Position numbers and translations under genes: made by a program. The notes below the pieces were generated by a model. It saw only the letters and a program-made list of their open reading frames with translations, was not told the DNA's origin and did no database searches. 64,000 bases of DNA from Candidatus Norongarragalina meridionalis. Lineage in GTDB: Archaea; Micrarchaeota; Micrarchaeia; Norongarragalinales; Norongarragalinaceae. Shown one piece after another: positions 37,242 through 46,126 of this stretch (within the stretch, counting starts at the first letter, position 1; every line of letters starts with the position of its first letter). The stretch spans positions 74,983 through 138,982 of the forward strand of contig CABMDO010000009.1 in assembly GCA_902384935.1 (NCBI GenBank). The letters are read 5' to 3'.

Positions 37242-38669
37242 GTGAAATTCAAGACAACCGCCGACATCCCCGTGCCTTCGGACCCGCTCGAGCAGGTAAT
37301 AGGGCAGGACGAGGCGGTTCGGGTTGCCAAGACGGCGTGCAGCCAGCGCCGGCATCTTCTCCTGGTAGGACCGCCGGGAATCGGCAAGAGCATGATAGCG
37401 CAGGCCATTGCGTACCGTTTGCCGAAACCCACGGAAGAGATAAGCGTCCTGCACAACCCCGAAAACCCCGAACGCCCCACGATCGAGGTGCGGAGTTCCA
37501 CGGAAATAGAGAAGGAGCGCAAACTCGTGAAAGCGGCGGAAGCTGCGAAACTCATCGACCCTTCGGAAGCGCCCGCCATGGTTGCGGAGCGCCTCGGCTT
37601 CAGGTGCAGGTTCTGCGGTTCGCCTTCGAAACACTCCGAACGCGCCTGCCCGAGCTGCGGACGCGAGAAAACCGACATGTTCTCGCCATATCCGAACATA
37701 TTCATCGGTGCGCGCCCCCAGGCATCGCCCGAACGCGTGCACACTACGCGAATCACCGACGGCGAGCGCGAGGAGGTGGTCATATACGAACGCACGGGCG
37801 AGAAAATCCGCGTGCTCGACCAGTCGGTTCTCGAGAAAATCGACGCGATAAAGCGCAAACTCCCGCGCCGCGTGATCGTCCCGCTTGAAAGGAAGACTTT
37901 CGTGACCGCATCTGGAGCGAGCGAGACGGAATTGCTGGGCGACGTGCGGCACGATCCGTACGGGGGGCACGCGCAGGTCGGAACTCTTCCGTACATGCGC
38001 GTCGTTCCGGGCGCGATACACGAAGCGCACCAGGGCGTCCTGTTCATAGACGAGTTGAGCGCGCTCGCTTACGTCCAGCGCTTCCTGCTGACTGCCATGC
38101 AGGAGAAGAAATTTCCGATTGTAGGGAGGAACCCGCAGAGCGCGGGCGCGTCGGTGCGCGTCGAGGAAGTGCCCTGCGACTTCGTGCTTGCGGCGGCATC
38201 GAACATAAACGACCTGAAGATGATCCTTCCGCCCTTGCGCTCGCGCATAGTCGGCAACGGCTACGAACTGCTTCTTGAAACGACTATGCCGGACACTCCT
38301 GCGAACCAGGAAAAGGTTGCCCGTTTCGTTGCGCAGGAAATCCGCAAGGACGGCAAGATTCCGCACGCTTCCGCCGCGGCTGTCGAACGCTTGATCGACG
38401 AGGCGCGCAAAAAAGCGAAGGAATTCGACAACACGGACAACGCGCTTTCATTGCGCTTCCGCGAACTCAGCGGCATAGTGCGGCTCGCTGGGGACAACGC
38501 CATAGGGAACGGCGAGAAAACAATCGAGGAAGGCAACGTGGAGGACGCGGCGCGCCGCGGACGCTCCATCGAACAGCAGTTGCGCGACAAATACGGCTCG
38601 CTCTGGAAAGCAGGGGAAAGCGAGAACGTCAGCGCGCCGAAGGACGCGAAGCGCAGCGAAATCAGCTAA
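37242..38669 (+). CDS. LonB-like AAA+ ATPase lacking protease domain, with Zn-ribbon insert
   Basis: LonB N-terminus (VIGQDEAVRV, LLLVGPPGIGKSM), Walker B VLFIDELS, GDVRHDPYGG. CRFCGSPS...CPSCGRE replaces the LonB TM hairpin. The ORF ends without a Ser-Lys protease domain. Confidence 0.6.
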   Translation: MKFKTTADIPVPSDPLEQVIGQDEAVRVAKTACSQRRHLLLVGPPGIGKSMIAQAIAYRLPKPTEEISVLHNPENPERPTIEVRSSTEIEKERKLVKAAEAAKLIDPSEAPAMVAERLGFRCRFCGSPSKHSERACPSCGREKTDMFSPYPNIFIGARPQASPERVHTTRITDGEREEVVIYERTGEKIRVLDQSVLEKIDAIKRKLPRRVIVPLERKTFVTASGASETELLGDVRHDPYGGHAQVGTLPYMRVVPGAIHEAHQGVLFIDELSALAYVQRFLLTAMQEKKFPIVGRNPQSAGASVRVEEVPCDFVLAAASNINDLKMILPPLRSRIVGNGYELLLETTMPDTPANQEKVARFVAQEIRKDGKIPHASAAAVERLIDEARKKAKEFDNTDNALSLRFRELSGIVRLAGDNAIGNGEKTIEEGNVEDAARRGRSIEQQLRDKYGSLWKAGESENVSAPKDAKRSEIS

Positions 38670-39184
38670 TCCTTGCTAGACAGATAGGTAGTTCTTTTTG
38701 TATCGTATATTGCAGAATTATCTTTAAACTTATGTCCGGATACGCCCACGGGCTTGGACCTAATTTGGGGGCGACAGTCATGATTATCTGAATGAAAATG
38801 CAAATGACATAAAATCTTGTGGCATAGAGGACATGCGGTTTTTTCAAATGCGTTAAGTTTCTTTTTACAAACGGAACATACGCCGTAGGTTTTCTGACGT
38901 TTCCTTGGTTTAGAGATAAGTTCCGGAGCAGAATGCACTTCGTGGAGGCGGTGCTCCGTACAGAAAAGTCCGTGACAGAATGAACATTTGAAGCCGCAGG
39001 TACCTCCAGCAGACGCGCCACAATATTCACAAATAGGCGCGCTATATTTTGCGGAGAAAACAGCAGATTTTGCAGGGGCTATGAAGTATTTTTCTAAAAA
39101 GCCCCGGTGATCTATAGAAACGACTCGATTATTCGACTGATGTTCTAACCCCAATCTGAGCTTAAGCCATCTCCAAAAGCCCAT
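38666..39184 (-). CDS. tandem AN1-type zinc-finger protein
   Basis: Two AN1 fingers: CEYCGASAGGTCGFKCSFCHGLFCTEHRLHEVH and CSVCKKKLNAFEKTACPLCHKILCHLHFHSDNHDC. Lies in an AT-rich (~42% GC) segment. Confidence 0.6.
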   Translation of the reverse strand: MGFWRWLKLRLGLEHQSNNRVVSIDHRGFLEKYFIAPAKSAVFSAKYSAPICEYCGASAGGTCGFKCSFCHGLFCTEHRLHEVHSAPELISKPRKRQKTYGVCSVCKKKLNAFEKTACPLCHKILCHLHFHSDNHDCRPQIRSKPVGVSGHKFKDNSAIYDTKRTTYLSSKD

Positions 39185-39188
39185 AAAA

Positions 39189-39704
39189 TCAATTTTCGCT
39201 TAGCACGTACGCGAACAGGCTTCCGACCTTCTGCGCGTTCCTGAGCATGAAATCCGTTCCGCCGCTTACGTATATCCTGTCGGAAACGCGCACGCAATCG
39301 CAGTTCGATATCTCGACAACCACCTGCGCGCCGGTGCAATTCGTCGTGTTTGCGTTGCAGTTGATGGTGGGCACTCCGTCCACTACGCCATAGACATAAA
39401 CCGTCTTGTTCGAAACGTAAAGCGAATGCGCCGCCTCCGCAGCCATTACCGCAACTGCGGAATTGCGCGGATCCGAAGCGTTGACGAGCCGCTCCTCCAC
39501 CACTATGGTATGCGAAGCGAGCGCCCCGGCGAGCTCCTCCTTCGCATTGCCGGCGAAAATGATGCGCAAACCGTCGATGGTGGTCTCCTTCTGCCCCGCG
39601 CCCTTGGACAGGAAGAACATTGCCGCGAAAACAACGGCGAATACGACGACGAGCAGGACTGTTTCGGTCCAGTTTTTCCCTTCTTTTTTCTTCTCCTCGC
39701 TCAT
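39189..39704 (-). CDS. membrane-anchored/secreted hypothetical protein
   Basis: Start MSEEKKKEGKNW then a TM helix and a Cys/Asn-rich domain. The 5' remainder of the listed 328-aa ORF is an Arg/Gly-rich run-on. Confidence 0.4.
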   Translation of the reverse strand: MSEEKKKEGKNWTETVLLVVVFAVVFAAMFFLSKGAGQKETTIDGLRIIFAGNAKEELAGALASHTIVVEERLVNASDPRNSAVAVMAAEAAHSLYVSNKTVYVYGVVDGVPTINCNANTTNCTGAQVVVEISNCDCVRVSDRIYVSGGTDFMLRNAQKVGSLFAYVLSEN

Positions 39705-40588
39705 ACCAGAACCTCCAAACCCTCTTCCGCCATAAGCGTATCCTTGAAAACCAGCCTCGCCTCCTTCAGGAGCGGGGAACGGTCCTCGTAGCGGTTGCTC
39801 GCGTGCGTGAGCAGGAGCTTCTTCGCCCCGGCTTTTTTCGCGCACTCCGCCGCTTCTTTCGCAGTGGAATGGAACTTCTCCTTCGCCATCTTTCCGTCCG
39901 CTTCCGCGAAACAGGCGTCGTGAATCAGCAGATCCGCGTCCTTCGCGGCGGCCTGCAACTCGGAACACGGCGCGGTGTCGCCGCTGTACGTGATTTTCTT
40001 GCCTGCCTGCTTGTAGGTGATGTCCTCGAGCCGCACGGTCTTTCCGTTGACGACGAGCTTGCCCTTTTTCTGAATTTCCGTGAACATCGGGCCCCTCAAA
40101 CCTTTGGATTTCGCCTTCGCCTCGTCGAAACGGATTTTTTCGCCTTCCTCGAGAACGTAGCCGAGCGCCTTGCACCCGTGCTTGACGGGAAAGGCGCGCA
40201 CGGAGAACAGCCGCTCGTCGAGAACCGTACCTTCGCGGGCTTCCTTGACGGAAATTGGAAAAGCGGGTGCGAGCTCCTTCAGCGAAAAAATCGTCTCCAT
40301 CATTTTCTTCGTCCCTGCGGGCCCCGTGATGAGCAGCTCATCCCTCCTGCCTATCATTCCGAGCGTCTGCACCAAGCCGAAAACGCCTAGAAAGTGGTCC
40401 GCGTGCAGATGCGAGATGAAAATCGCCCTTATCTGGCCGTAGTTCGCGCCGAATTTCATCATCTGCCGCTGCGCTCCTTCGCAGCAGTCGAACAGATAGG
40501 TCGCCCCGTATTTCACCGCGAACGAGCTGGGGACATGCCTGGGGCTGGGAAGGGAACCGCCGCTGCCCAACGCTACGAGGCGAATCAT
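39701..40588 (-). CDS. rnz: ribonuclease Z (tRNA 3' endonuclease)
   Basis: Metallo-beta-lactamase motif HLHADH. 295-aa short-form RNase Z. Confidence 0.75.
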   Translation of the reverse strand: MIRLVALGSGGSLPSPRHVPSSFAVKYGATYLFDCCEGAQRQMMKFGANYGQIRAIFISHLHADHFLGVFGLVQTLGMIGRRDELLITGPAGTKKMMETIFSLKELAPAFPISVKEAREGTVLDERLFSVRAFPVKHGCKALGYVLEEGEKIRFDEAKAKSKGLRGPMFTEIQKKGKLVVNGKTVRLEDITYKQAGKKITYSGDTAPCSELQAAAKDADLLIHDACFAEADGKMAKEKFHSTAKEAAECAKKAGAKKLLLTHASNRYEDRSPLLKEARLVFKDTLMAEEGLEVLV

Positions 40589-40623
40589 AAACCTTTTAAC
40601 GACGCCGAGCTTTTTAATGTATT

Positions 40624-41607
40624 ATGGCGAAGCGCAGGGCTGCGAAGCCGACGTTAAAAGCAAGAACCACCGCGGACCTAGCGGTGCCTACGCGGCTCGT
40701 CGACCAGGTGATCGGGCAGGAGAAGAGCGTCGACATCATAAAGAAAGCCGCGAAGCAGAAGCGCCACGTAATGCTCGTGGGCACGCCCGGCACTGGAAAG
40801 AGCATGCTCGCGCAGGCGATGGCGGAGCTACTGCCCGCGGAGAAGCTCGAGGACATACTTATCGAGGAGAATCCGGAAAACGAGAACATCCCGCGCGCGA
40901 AAACCGTGAAAGCGGGCGAGGGAAGGAAAATCGTCGACGAAATGCGCATGAAAACGCAGCTCGGCGGCAAGGACATGAACATCGTCTACGTGTTCTTCAT
41001 TTTCATCGCGTCGTTTTTCCTGCTCGCATACGGCAGGCAGCAGCTCGGCGACGTCATAACCGCCGCGATGCTCATCGGCCTGTTTCTCGTAGGCGGGGTG
41101 ATGATGCTCGGCTCGCAGCTGTCGCGCGGAAGGGCTGGCGCGGGTTACGAGTCGGTGAAGCTGCTAGTTGACAATTCCGGAAAAACAATAGCGCCGTTCA
41201 TCGACGCTACGGGCGCGCGCGCAGGAGCGCTGCTCGGCGACGTGAAGCACGACCCCTTCCAATCGTTCGACGGCGGAACTGTTGTTGACGGCGCGGACGA
41301 AAGCATGGAGAACCTCTGGAAGAAGATGGCTAGGAAACACGCCGCATTGATTGAGCGGAACGAGGAGGGGTACGAGGCAATAGTCCTGCCGAAGAACGAG
41401 CGCGTTTACGCGTACGGTTTGAAGGCGGGGCGCATAGTGCGCAGCAGAATCCGCATAATCAACCGCCGCCCGTACCGCGGAAAAGTAGTGCGCGTGAAAG
41501 CGGGCAGGCGCGCCATCACCACCACGCCGGAGCACGGATTCTATTCGAAACCTAAGAAAACCGCGAATTCCCTGCGCAAGGGGACGCCGCTCGTCGTAAG
41601 GAGGTAA
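40624..41607 (+). CDS. LonB N-terminal fragment (Walker A + TM hairpin) fused to intein N-fragment-like Hint module
   Basis: Aligns to LonB through LLGDVKHDPFQ, then diverges into ~114 aa: SFDGGTVVDG (intein block A-like with Ser1) ... AITTTPEHGFY (block B TxxH). Ends with no Walker B or protease domain. Confidence 0.5.
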   Translation: MAKRRAAKPTLKARTTADLAVPTRLVDQVIGQEKSVDIIKKAAKQKRHVMLVGTPGTGKSMLAQAMAELLPAEKLEDILIEENPENENIPRAKTVKAGEGRKIVDEMRMKTQLGGKDMNIVYVFFIFIASFFLLAYGRQQLGDVITAAMLIGLFLVGGVMMLGSQLSRGRAGAGYESVKLLVDNSGKTIAPFIDATGARAGALLGDVKHDPFQSFDGGTVVDGADESMENLWKKMARKHAALIERNEEGYEAIVLPKNERVYAYGLKAGRIVRSRIRIINRRPYRGKVVRVKAGRRAITTTPEHGFYSKPKKTANSLRKGTPLVVRR

Positions 41608-41611
41608 TTCT

Positions 41612-42073
41612 ATGGAGAAAACATTCGTGATGCTAAAACCGGATGCGGTTCAACGCGGCTTGGTCGGCGATATTACGTCGCGCTTCGAGCGCAAGGGATT
41701 GAGGCTCATCGCCACGAAGATGATATGGCTTAAGGACTCGCAACTGGACGAGCACTATTCGCAGTACCTCGGAAAGGACTTCTTCCCGAGATTGAAGGAG
41801 TTCATGGGCGCCTGCCCCGCGGTTGCGATGGTTTGGGAAGGGAAGGATGCGGTGAAGGTTGTGCGCGCCCTCTGCGGATTGACGAACGGGCGCGAGGCTG
41901 CGCCCGGCACAATACGCGGCGACTTCGGCATGAGCCTGCAGTGCAACCTCGTGCACGCGTCGGACGGCGTGGAAACCGCAAGCAAGGAGATAGCGCGCTT
42001 CTTCAACGGGAACGAGATATTCACGTACGGGGATTCCCTTTCGGAATTCCGCTACGCGAAGGACGAGCGTTAG
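41612..42073 (+). CDS. ndk: nucleoside diphosphate kinase
   Basis: ERTFVMLKPD, NLVHASD active-site His region. 153 aa. Confidence 0.85.
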   Translation: MEKTFVMLKPDAVQRGLVGDITSRFERKGLRLIATKMIWLKDSQLDEHYSQYLGKDFFPRLKEFMGACPAVAMVWEGKDAVKVVRALCGLTNGREAAPGTIRGDFGMSLQCNLVHASDGVETASKEIARFFNGNEIFTYGDSLSEFRYAKDER

Positions 42074-42645
42074 AAGTCGCCCAAGCCGAGCATTATGTTC
42101 TGGATTCCGCGCGTGAGCAGCAGCAGTCCCATTATTTTGGCAACGACGCCTATCAGGCGCTGCCCGAGCGCCTTCGTCAGGTATGAGGAATAGCGTATTA
42201 CCAGCCAGCTCGCGATTACCACGCCGAGTATGGCGAAGAATAGCGGAAGAAGCGGCGTATCCGCCGCTTGAAGAATTATCGCGGTGATGACTCCGGGGCC
42301 CGTGAGCATCGGCGTGCCTATGAGCACGGCGATTGCATCCTCGTCCGACGCTTCCACCTTCGTCAGCGATATGCCGAGGGACGTCTGGATTCCGAGTATG
42401 GAAAGGATTACTCCTCCAGCTATCCTGAACGCGGAAATCTTCAAGCCCATCACGTCGAGCAGGGGCTCTCCGATGAAGAGAAACGCCAGGGCGAGCCCGC
42501 CCGCGACAAGAGCGGCCTTGTCCGCGGCGTGCCTTCGCTGCGCCTCGGAAAAGTCCTTCGTGAGCGTAAGGAACGGCATCACGCTGGACAGGGGGTTCAT
42601 GATTACGAATAGGACTGCGAATGCGGTGAGAAACTGCTCGAACAT
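42070..42645 (-). CDS. MarC family (UPF0056) membrane protein
   Basis: 191-aa 6-TM protein with the MarC profile (MNPLSSVMPFLTL...). Confidence 0.6.
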   Translation of the reverse strand: MFEQFLTAFAVLFVIMNPLSSVMPFLTLTKDFSEAQRRHAADKAALVAGGLALAFLFIGEPLLDVMGLKISAFRIAGGVILSILGIQTSLGISLTKVEASDEDAIAVLIGTPMLTGPGVITAIILQAADTPLLPLFFAILGVVIASWLVIRYSSYLTKALGQRLIGVVAKIMGLLLLTRGIQNIMLGLGDF

Positions 42646-42674
42646 AAGCGGAGCAATATAGGGCGCAAAGGCTT

Positions 42675-43577
42675 TTATTCCAATATCTCGACGGCATCGA
42701 CTATGCCGTCGCCGTCCTCGTCGAAGCCCTGGACTACGTGCGCAAGAGACTCGTTATCGAACAGGTTTCCTTCGTCCATCGCCGCGGCTTTTTTGAGCAG
42801 GGCGAGCACGGCGACGCGCGTCGCATTATGCGTCGCACCGGCGAGCACGAGCATTTTCTTTCCGGCATGGAACGGGCTTTCCACAAGCTCGACCACGCCC
42901 ACTTCCTCGCCGTACGTCTTTCTGGACAGCGACGACTTAACCGCGAACGTTTTCTCGTCGAAGCGTATCGGAAGCGATTCGTTCGCCTCGGAAACGAGCA
43001 TGTTCACCTTGGGCCCGCCCACGAGCAGAAGATTGCCGTGTTTTTGGGCGTCGCGCACCTCGGTATCGAGCAGATAAAGGGGCGGCGCGAACGAAGCGAA
43101 GGAACCGAGAAGCATCGCCAGTTCTATTGCGGCATAATCCGAACCCCCCGCCCGGTATTTTCCGTGCGCGTCGGGCGAACCTACCACTATTTTCCCGTCG
43201 AGAAAGCCCGCGCCTACGAACGGCTTTAGCAAAGAGGGCGGCTTTTTCTTCTGCAGGGGCATCGGCTTCCAATCGTCGTTGAGCAGAACCACGAGCGCCT
43301 GCGCGGAAACCGAATATTTCTTCGCGAGTGCGCCGCCTTTCTCCGCGTACTCCGTTACCTTGACGAGCCCCGCGTCCTGAAGAACGCGGAAATGGTAGTA
43401 CGCGGTTTGCGCCTGCATGTGCAGTTGCTTCGCCACCTCGGCGGGGTATTTCGGCGCTTTCGCCAGCGAACGGAGAATTAGCAGCCGCTCCGGGGACAGC
43501 ACGGAAATCTCCGAATCGCCGACTATTTCCGCGTCCAACGCCTTTTCCTTCTCGAACACCTGCGCCATGCGAATCAC
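42675..43577 (-). CDS. winged-HTH (ArsR-like) transcriptional regulator with C-terminal domain
   Basis: N-terminal wHTH (RLLILRSLAKAPKYPAEVAKQLHMQAQTAYYHFRVLQDAGLV). C-terminal ~200 aa of unknown function. Confidence 0.45.
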   Translation of the reverse strand: MIRMAQVFEKEKALDAEIVGDSEISVLSPERLLILRSLAKAPKYPAEVAKQLHMQAQTAYYHFRVLQDAGLVKVTEYAEKGGALAKKYSVSAQALVVLLNDDWKPMPLQKKKPPSLLKPFVGAGFLDGKIVVGSPDAHGKYRAGGSDYAAIELAMLLGSFASFAPPLYLLDTEVRDAQKHGNLLLVGGPKVNMLVSEANESLPIRFDEKTFAVKSSLSRKTYGEEVGVVELVESPFHAGKKMLVLAGATHNATRVAVLALLKKAAAMDEGNLFDNESLAHVVQGFDEDGDGIVDAVEILE

Positions 43578-43736
43578 CGTTTTTAGCTGTTTTAATACTA
43601 GTATGGTAAATTTAATAATACCAACACCATTTTTATATGAAAAATGCTGAATCGGCGGCTCGGAGTCAGCCGGGTTTTGAACGGCGTTTATAATGGCGTT
43701 CCGCCCACAATCCTTCCTCGCCTTAGGGTGAAAAAT

Positions 43737-45512
43737 ATGTGCGGAATAATCGGGTACGTCGGCGTCAAAAGCGCCGGACCCATATTGCTGGACGGCTTGC
43801 GGAAGCTCGAATACCGGGGCTACGATTCAATAGGAATGGCCACGTTTGAGGGAAGCGGAATCACGCTGAAAAAGGACGCGGGAAGAATCGACGACGTCGC
43901 GAAACGCGAAAAATTCGGGGAAATGACCGGAAATGCGGGCATAGGGCACACGCGCTGGGCTACGCACGGAGGAGTTACGAAGGAAAACGCGCACCCGCAC
44001 GCGTCGTGCAACGGCGACATCGTCGTGGTGCACAACGGAATCATCGAAAACTATTCCGAACTCCGCACCGAGCTCGTAGAAAGGGGGCACTCCTTCCGCT
44101 CGCAGACCGACACCGAGGTAATCCCGCACATGCTCGAGGAGGAGATGCGGCGCGGCAACGGCGCGGAGCAGGCGGTACGCAATGTCGTCAAGCAATTGCA
44201 CGGCTCGTTCGCGCTTCTCGTGTTATGCTCGAAAGAACCCGATAAAATCGTCGCCGCCCGCCGTGAAAGCCCGCTCATCATAGGGCTCGGGAAACACGGA
44301 ACCTACGCCGCGAGCGACGCCACGCCTTTCCTCGGGCAGACGAAGCACGTCGCCTACCTCAACGACAACGAGATGGCGGTGCTCACAAGAGGCGGCGCCA
44401 CGTACTTCGACTTCAACGGCAATCCCATTCGCAAAGAAATCGCGGAAATAGCCTGGAAGGCGGAACAGGCGGACAAGGGGGAGCACGACTTCTTCATGAT
44501 AAAGGAAATCCTCGAGGAGCCTGCTGCGATGCGCAGCGCGCTCCTTCAGGACAAGAAGGCATTCACCGAGTTCGCGCAGGAAATCGCTTCCGCGAAGAAG
44601 GTGATGATAATCGCGTGCGGAACCGCCAGGCATTCCGCGATAATCGGGAAGCATCTGCTCGACCGCCTTGCGGGAAAGCAGGTGGAGGTGATGATCGCCT
44701 CCGAATTCTCGTATTTCGCGGACAACCTCACGCCGGAAACGCTCGTCGTATGCGTCTCGCAGAGCGGCGAAACCGCGGACGTGCTCGACGGAGTGCGCAA
44801 GGCGAAGGCGAAGGGGTGCCGCGTGCTTTCAATAGTGAACGTCGTCGGCTCGACGCTCGCACGGCTGAGCGACAGGGCAATCTACCTCAACTGCGGCCCC
44901 GAGGTGTGCGTCGCCGCTACGAAATCGTTCATCAACCAGGTTACCATTTTCTACCAGCTCGCCTACGCAATGAGGGGCGCGTTCGACGAGGGCGTCACGG
45001 AACTTACCAAGATAAGCGAACTGATGCTCGAGGCGTTCAAGCGCAACAACGAGAGGGCGAAGCAAATCGCGGAGCGTTTCGTCAAGAACGGCAACACATA
45101 CTACCTCGGCCGCGGCGTGAACTTCGCCATGGCACTGGAAGGCGCGCTGAAGATGAAGGAAATTTCCTATGTCCACGCAGAAGGAATGCCCGCAGGGGAA
45201 CTGAAGCACGGCACGCTCGCGCTCATCGAGCAGGGCACGCCGGTATTCCTGCTCAACCCGACGGATTACACGTATTACGACACGCTTTCCAACGGCTTGG
45301 AGACGAAGGCGCGCGGCGCGGTTCTCATAGGCGTGGGAAACAAGAACAACAAGGCGTACGACGAGTTCGTCGAGCTTCCGGAGGTGCCGGAGATTTTCTA
45401 TCCACTTCTCGAAGCGGTGCCGCTGCAGCTGATCGCATACTACGCCGCAGTTGCGCGCGGACGCGATCCGGACAAGCCGCGCAACCTCGCGAAATCGGTG
45501 ACGGTAAAATGA
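43737..45512 (+). CDS. glmS: glutamine--fructose-6-phosphate aminotransferase
   Basis: MCGIIGY N-terminal nucleophile, two SIS domains, C-terminal KPRNLAKSVTV. Confidence 0.9.
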   Translation: MCGIIGYVGVKSAGPILLDGLRKLEYRGYDSIGMATFEGSGITLKKDAGRIDDVAKREKFGEMTGNAGIGHTRWATHGGVTKENAHPHASCNGDIVVVHNGIIENYSELRTELVERGHSFRSQTDTEVIPHMLEEEMRRGNGAEQAVRNVVKQLHGSFALLVLCSKEPDKIVAARRESPLIIGLGKHGTYAASDATPFLGQTKHVAYLNDNEMAVLTRGGATYFDFNGNPIRKEIAEIAWKAEQADKGEHDFFMIKEILEEPAAMRSALLQDKKAFTEFAQEIASAKKVMIIACGTARHSAIIGKHLLDRLAGKQVEVMIASEFSYFADNLTPETLVVCVSQSGETADVLDGVRKAKAKGCRVLSIVNVVGSTLARLSDRAIYLNCGPEVCVAATKSFINQVTIFYQLAYAMRGAFDEGVTELTKISELMLEAFKRNNERAKQIAERFVKNGNTYYLGRGVNFAMALEGALKMKEISYVHAEGMPAGELKHGTLALIEQGTPVFLLNPTDYTYYDTLSNGLETKARGAVLIGVGNKNNKAYDEFVELPEVPEIFYPLLEAVPLQLIAYYAAVARGRDPDKPRNLAKSVTVK

Positions 45513-46126
45513 AATACTTCCTGTTCGACCTCGACGGAACAGTCCTGCATTCCAACGAGGCGCTCATACGCCTTTACAAGGACTGCTTCGCGCATTTCGG
45601 ATTGCCCGAACCCGCTGGCGAAGACGTGCTCAGATACAACGGCAATACCGCCGAAGATTGGGTGCCGCTGCTCGAACCGTCGGTGCGCAGGGAAAAAATA
45701 CCCGAAATCGTCGCATGGCTCCGCAATGCCTACGCGAATGAGTACATGCCGAAATACGGGAAGGCCGAGCCCGGCGCGGTTGAAATGCTTGAGGAATTGC
45801 GCGGAAGGGGAGCGAAACTGTGCGTCGTTACCAATCAGATGCGCACTGAGGCTACTTCTTCGTTGCGCGTCATGGGATTCAAATTCGACGAAGAGGTTTG
45901 CATGAAAGAAGGGCTAACCCCCAAGCCCGCGCCCGACTTGGTTTTTGAGGGAATGAAACGCTTGGACGCGAAAAAAGAGGAAACGCTTTTTGTGGGCGAC
46001 TCGTTTGCCGACGCCGGCGCCGGAAAAGCCGCAGGTGTTCGCACGGTACTCGTGCGCAGATTCTGGAACGCGGACATCGACGCGGAAAAAATCGACTCGC
46101 TGAAGGAGGTGCTGAAATTCCTATGA
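45509..46126 (+). CDS. HAD-superfamily phosphatase
   Basis: FDLDGTV motif I. Embedded in the glmS-glmU-glmM cluster. Confidence 0.6.
   Translation: MKYFLFDLDGTVLHSNEALIRLYKDCFAHFGLPEPAGEDVLRYNGNTAEDWVPLLEPSVRREKIPEIVAWLRNAYANEYMPKYGKAEPGAVEMLEELRGRGAKLCVVTNQMRTEATSSLRVMGFKFDEEVCMKEGLTPKPAPDLVFEGMKRLDAKKEETLFVGDSFADAGAGKAAGVRTVLVRRFWNADIDAEKIDSLKEVLKFL

Noticed and set aside
39705-40175. N-terminal extension of the 328-aa minus ORF
   Set aside because: Arg/Gly-rich junk overlapping the RNase Z CDS in another frame. The real protein starts at MSEEKKKEGK (39704).
44615-45508. 5' part of the 503-aa + ORF leading into the HAD hydrolase
   Set aside because: Alternative-frame run-on across glmS. 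The HAD gene has a clean ATG at 45509 overlapping the glmS stop.
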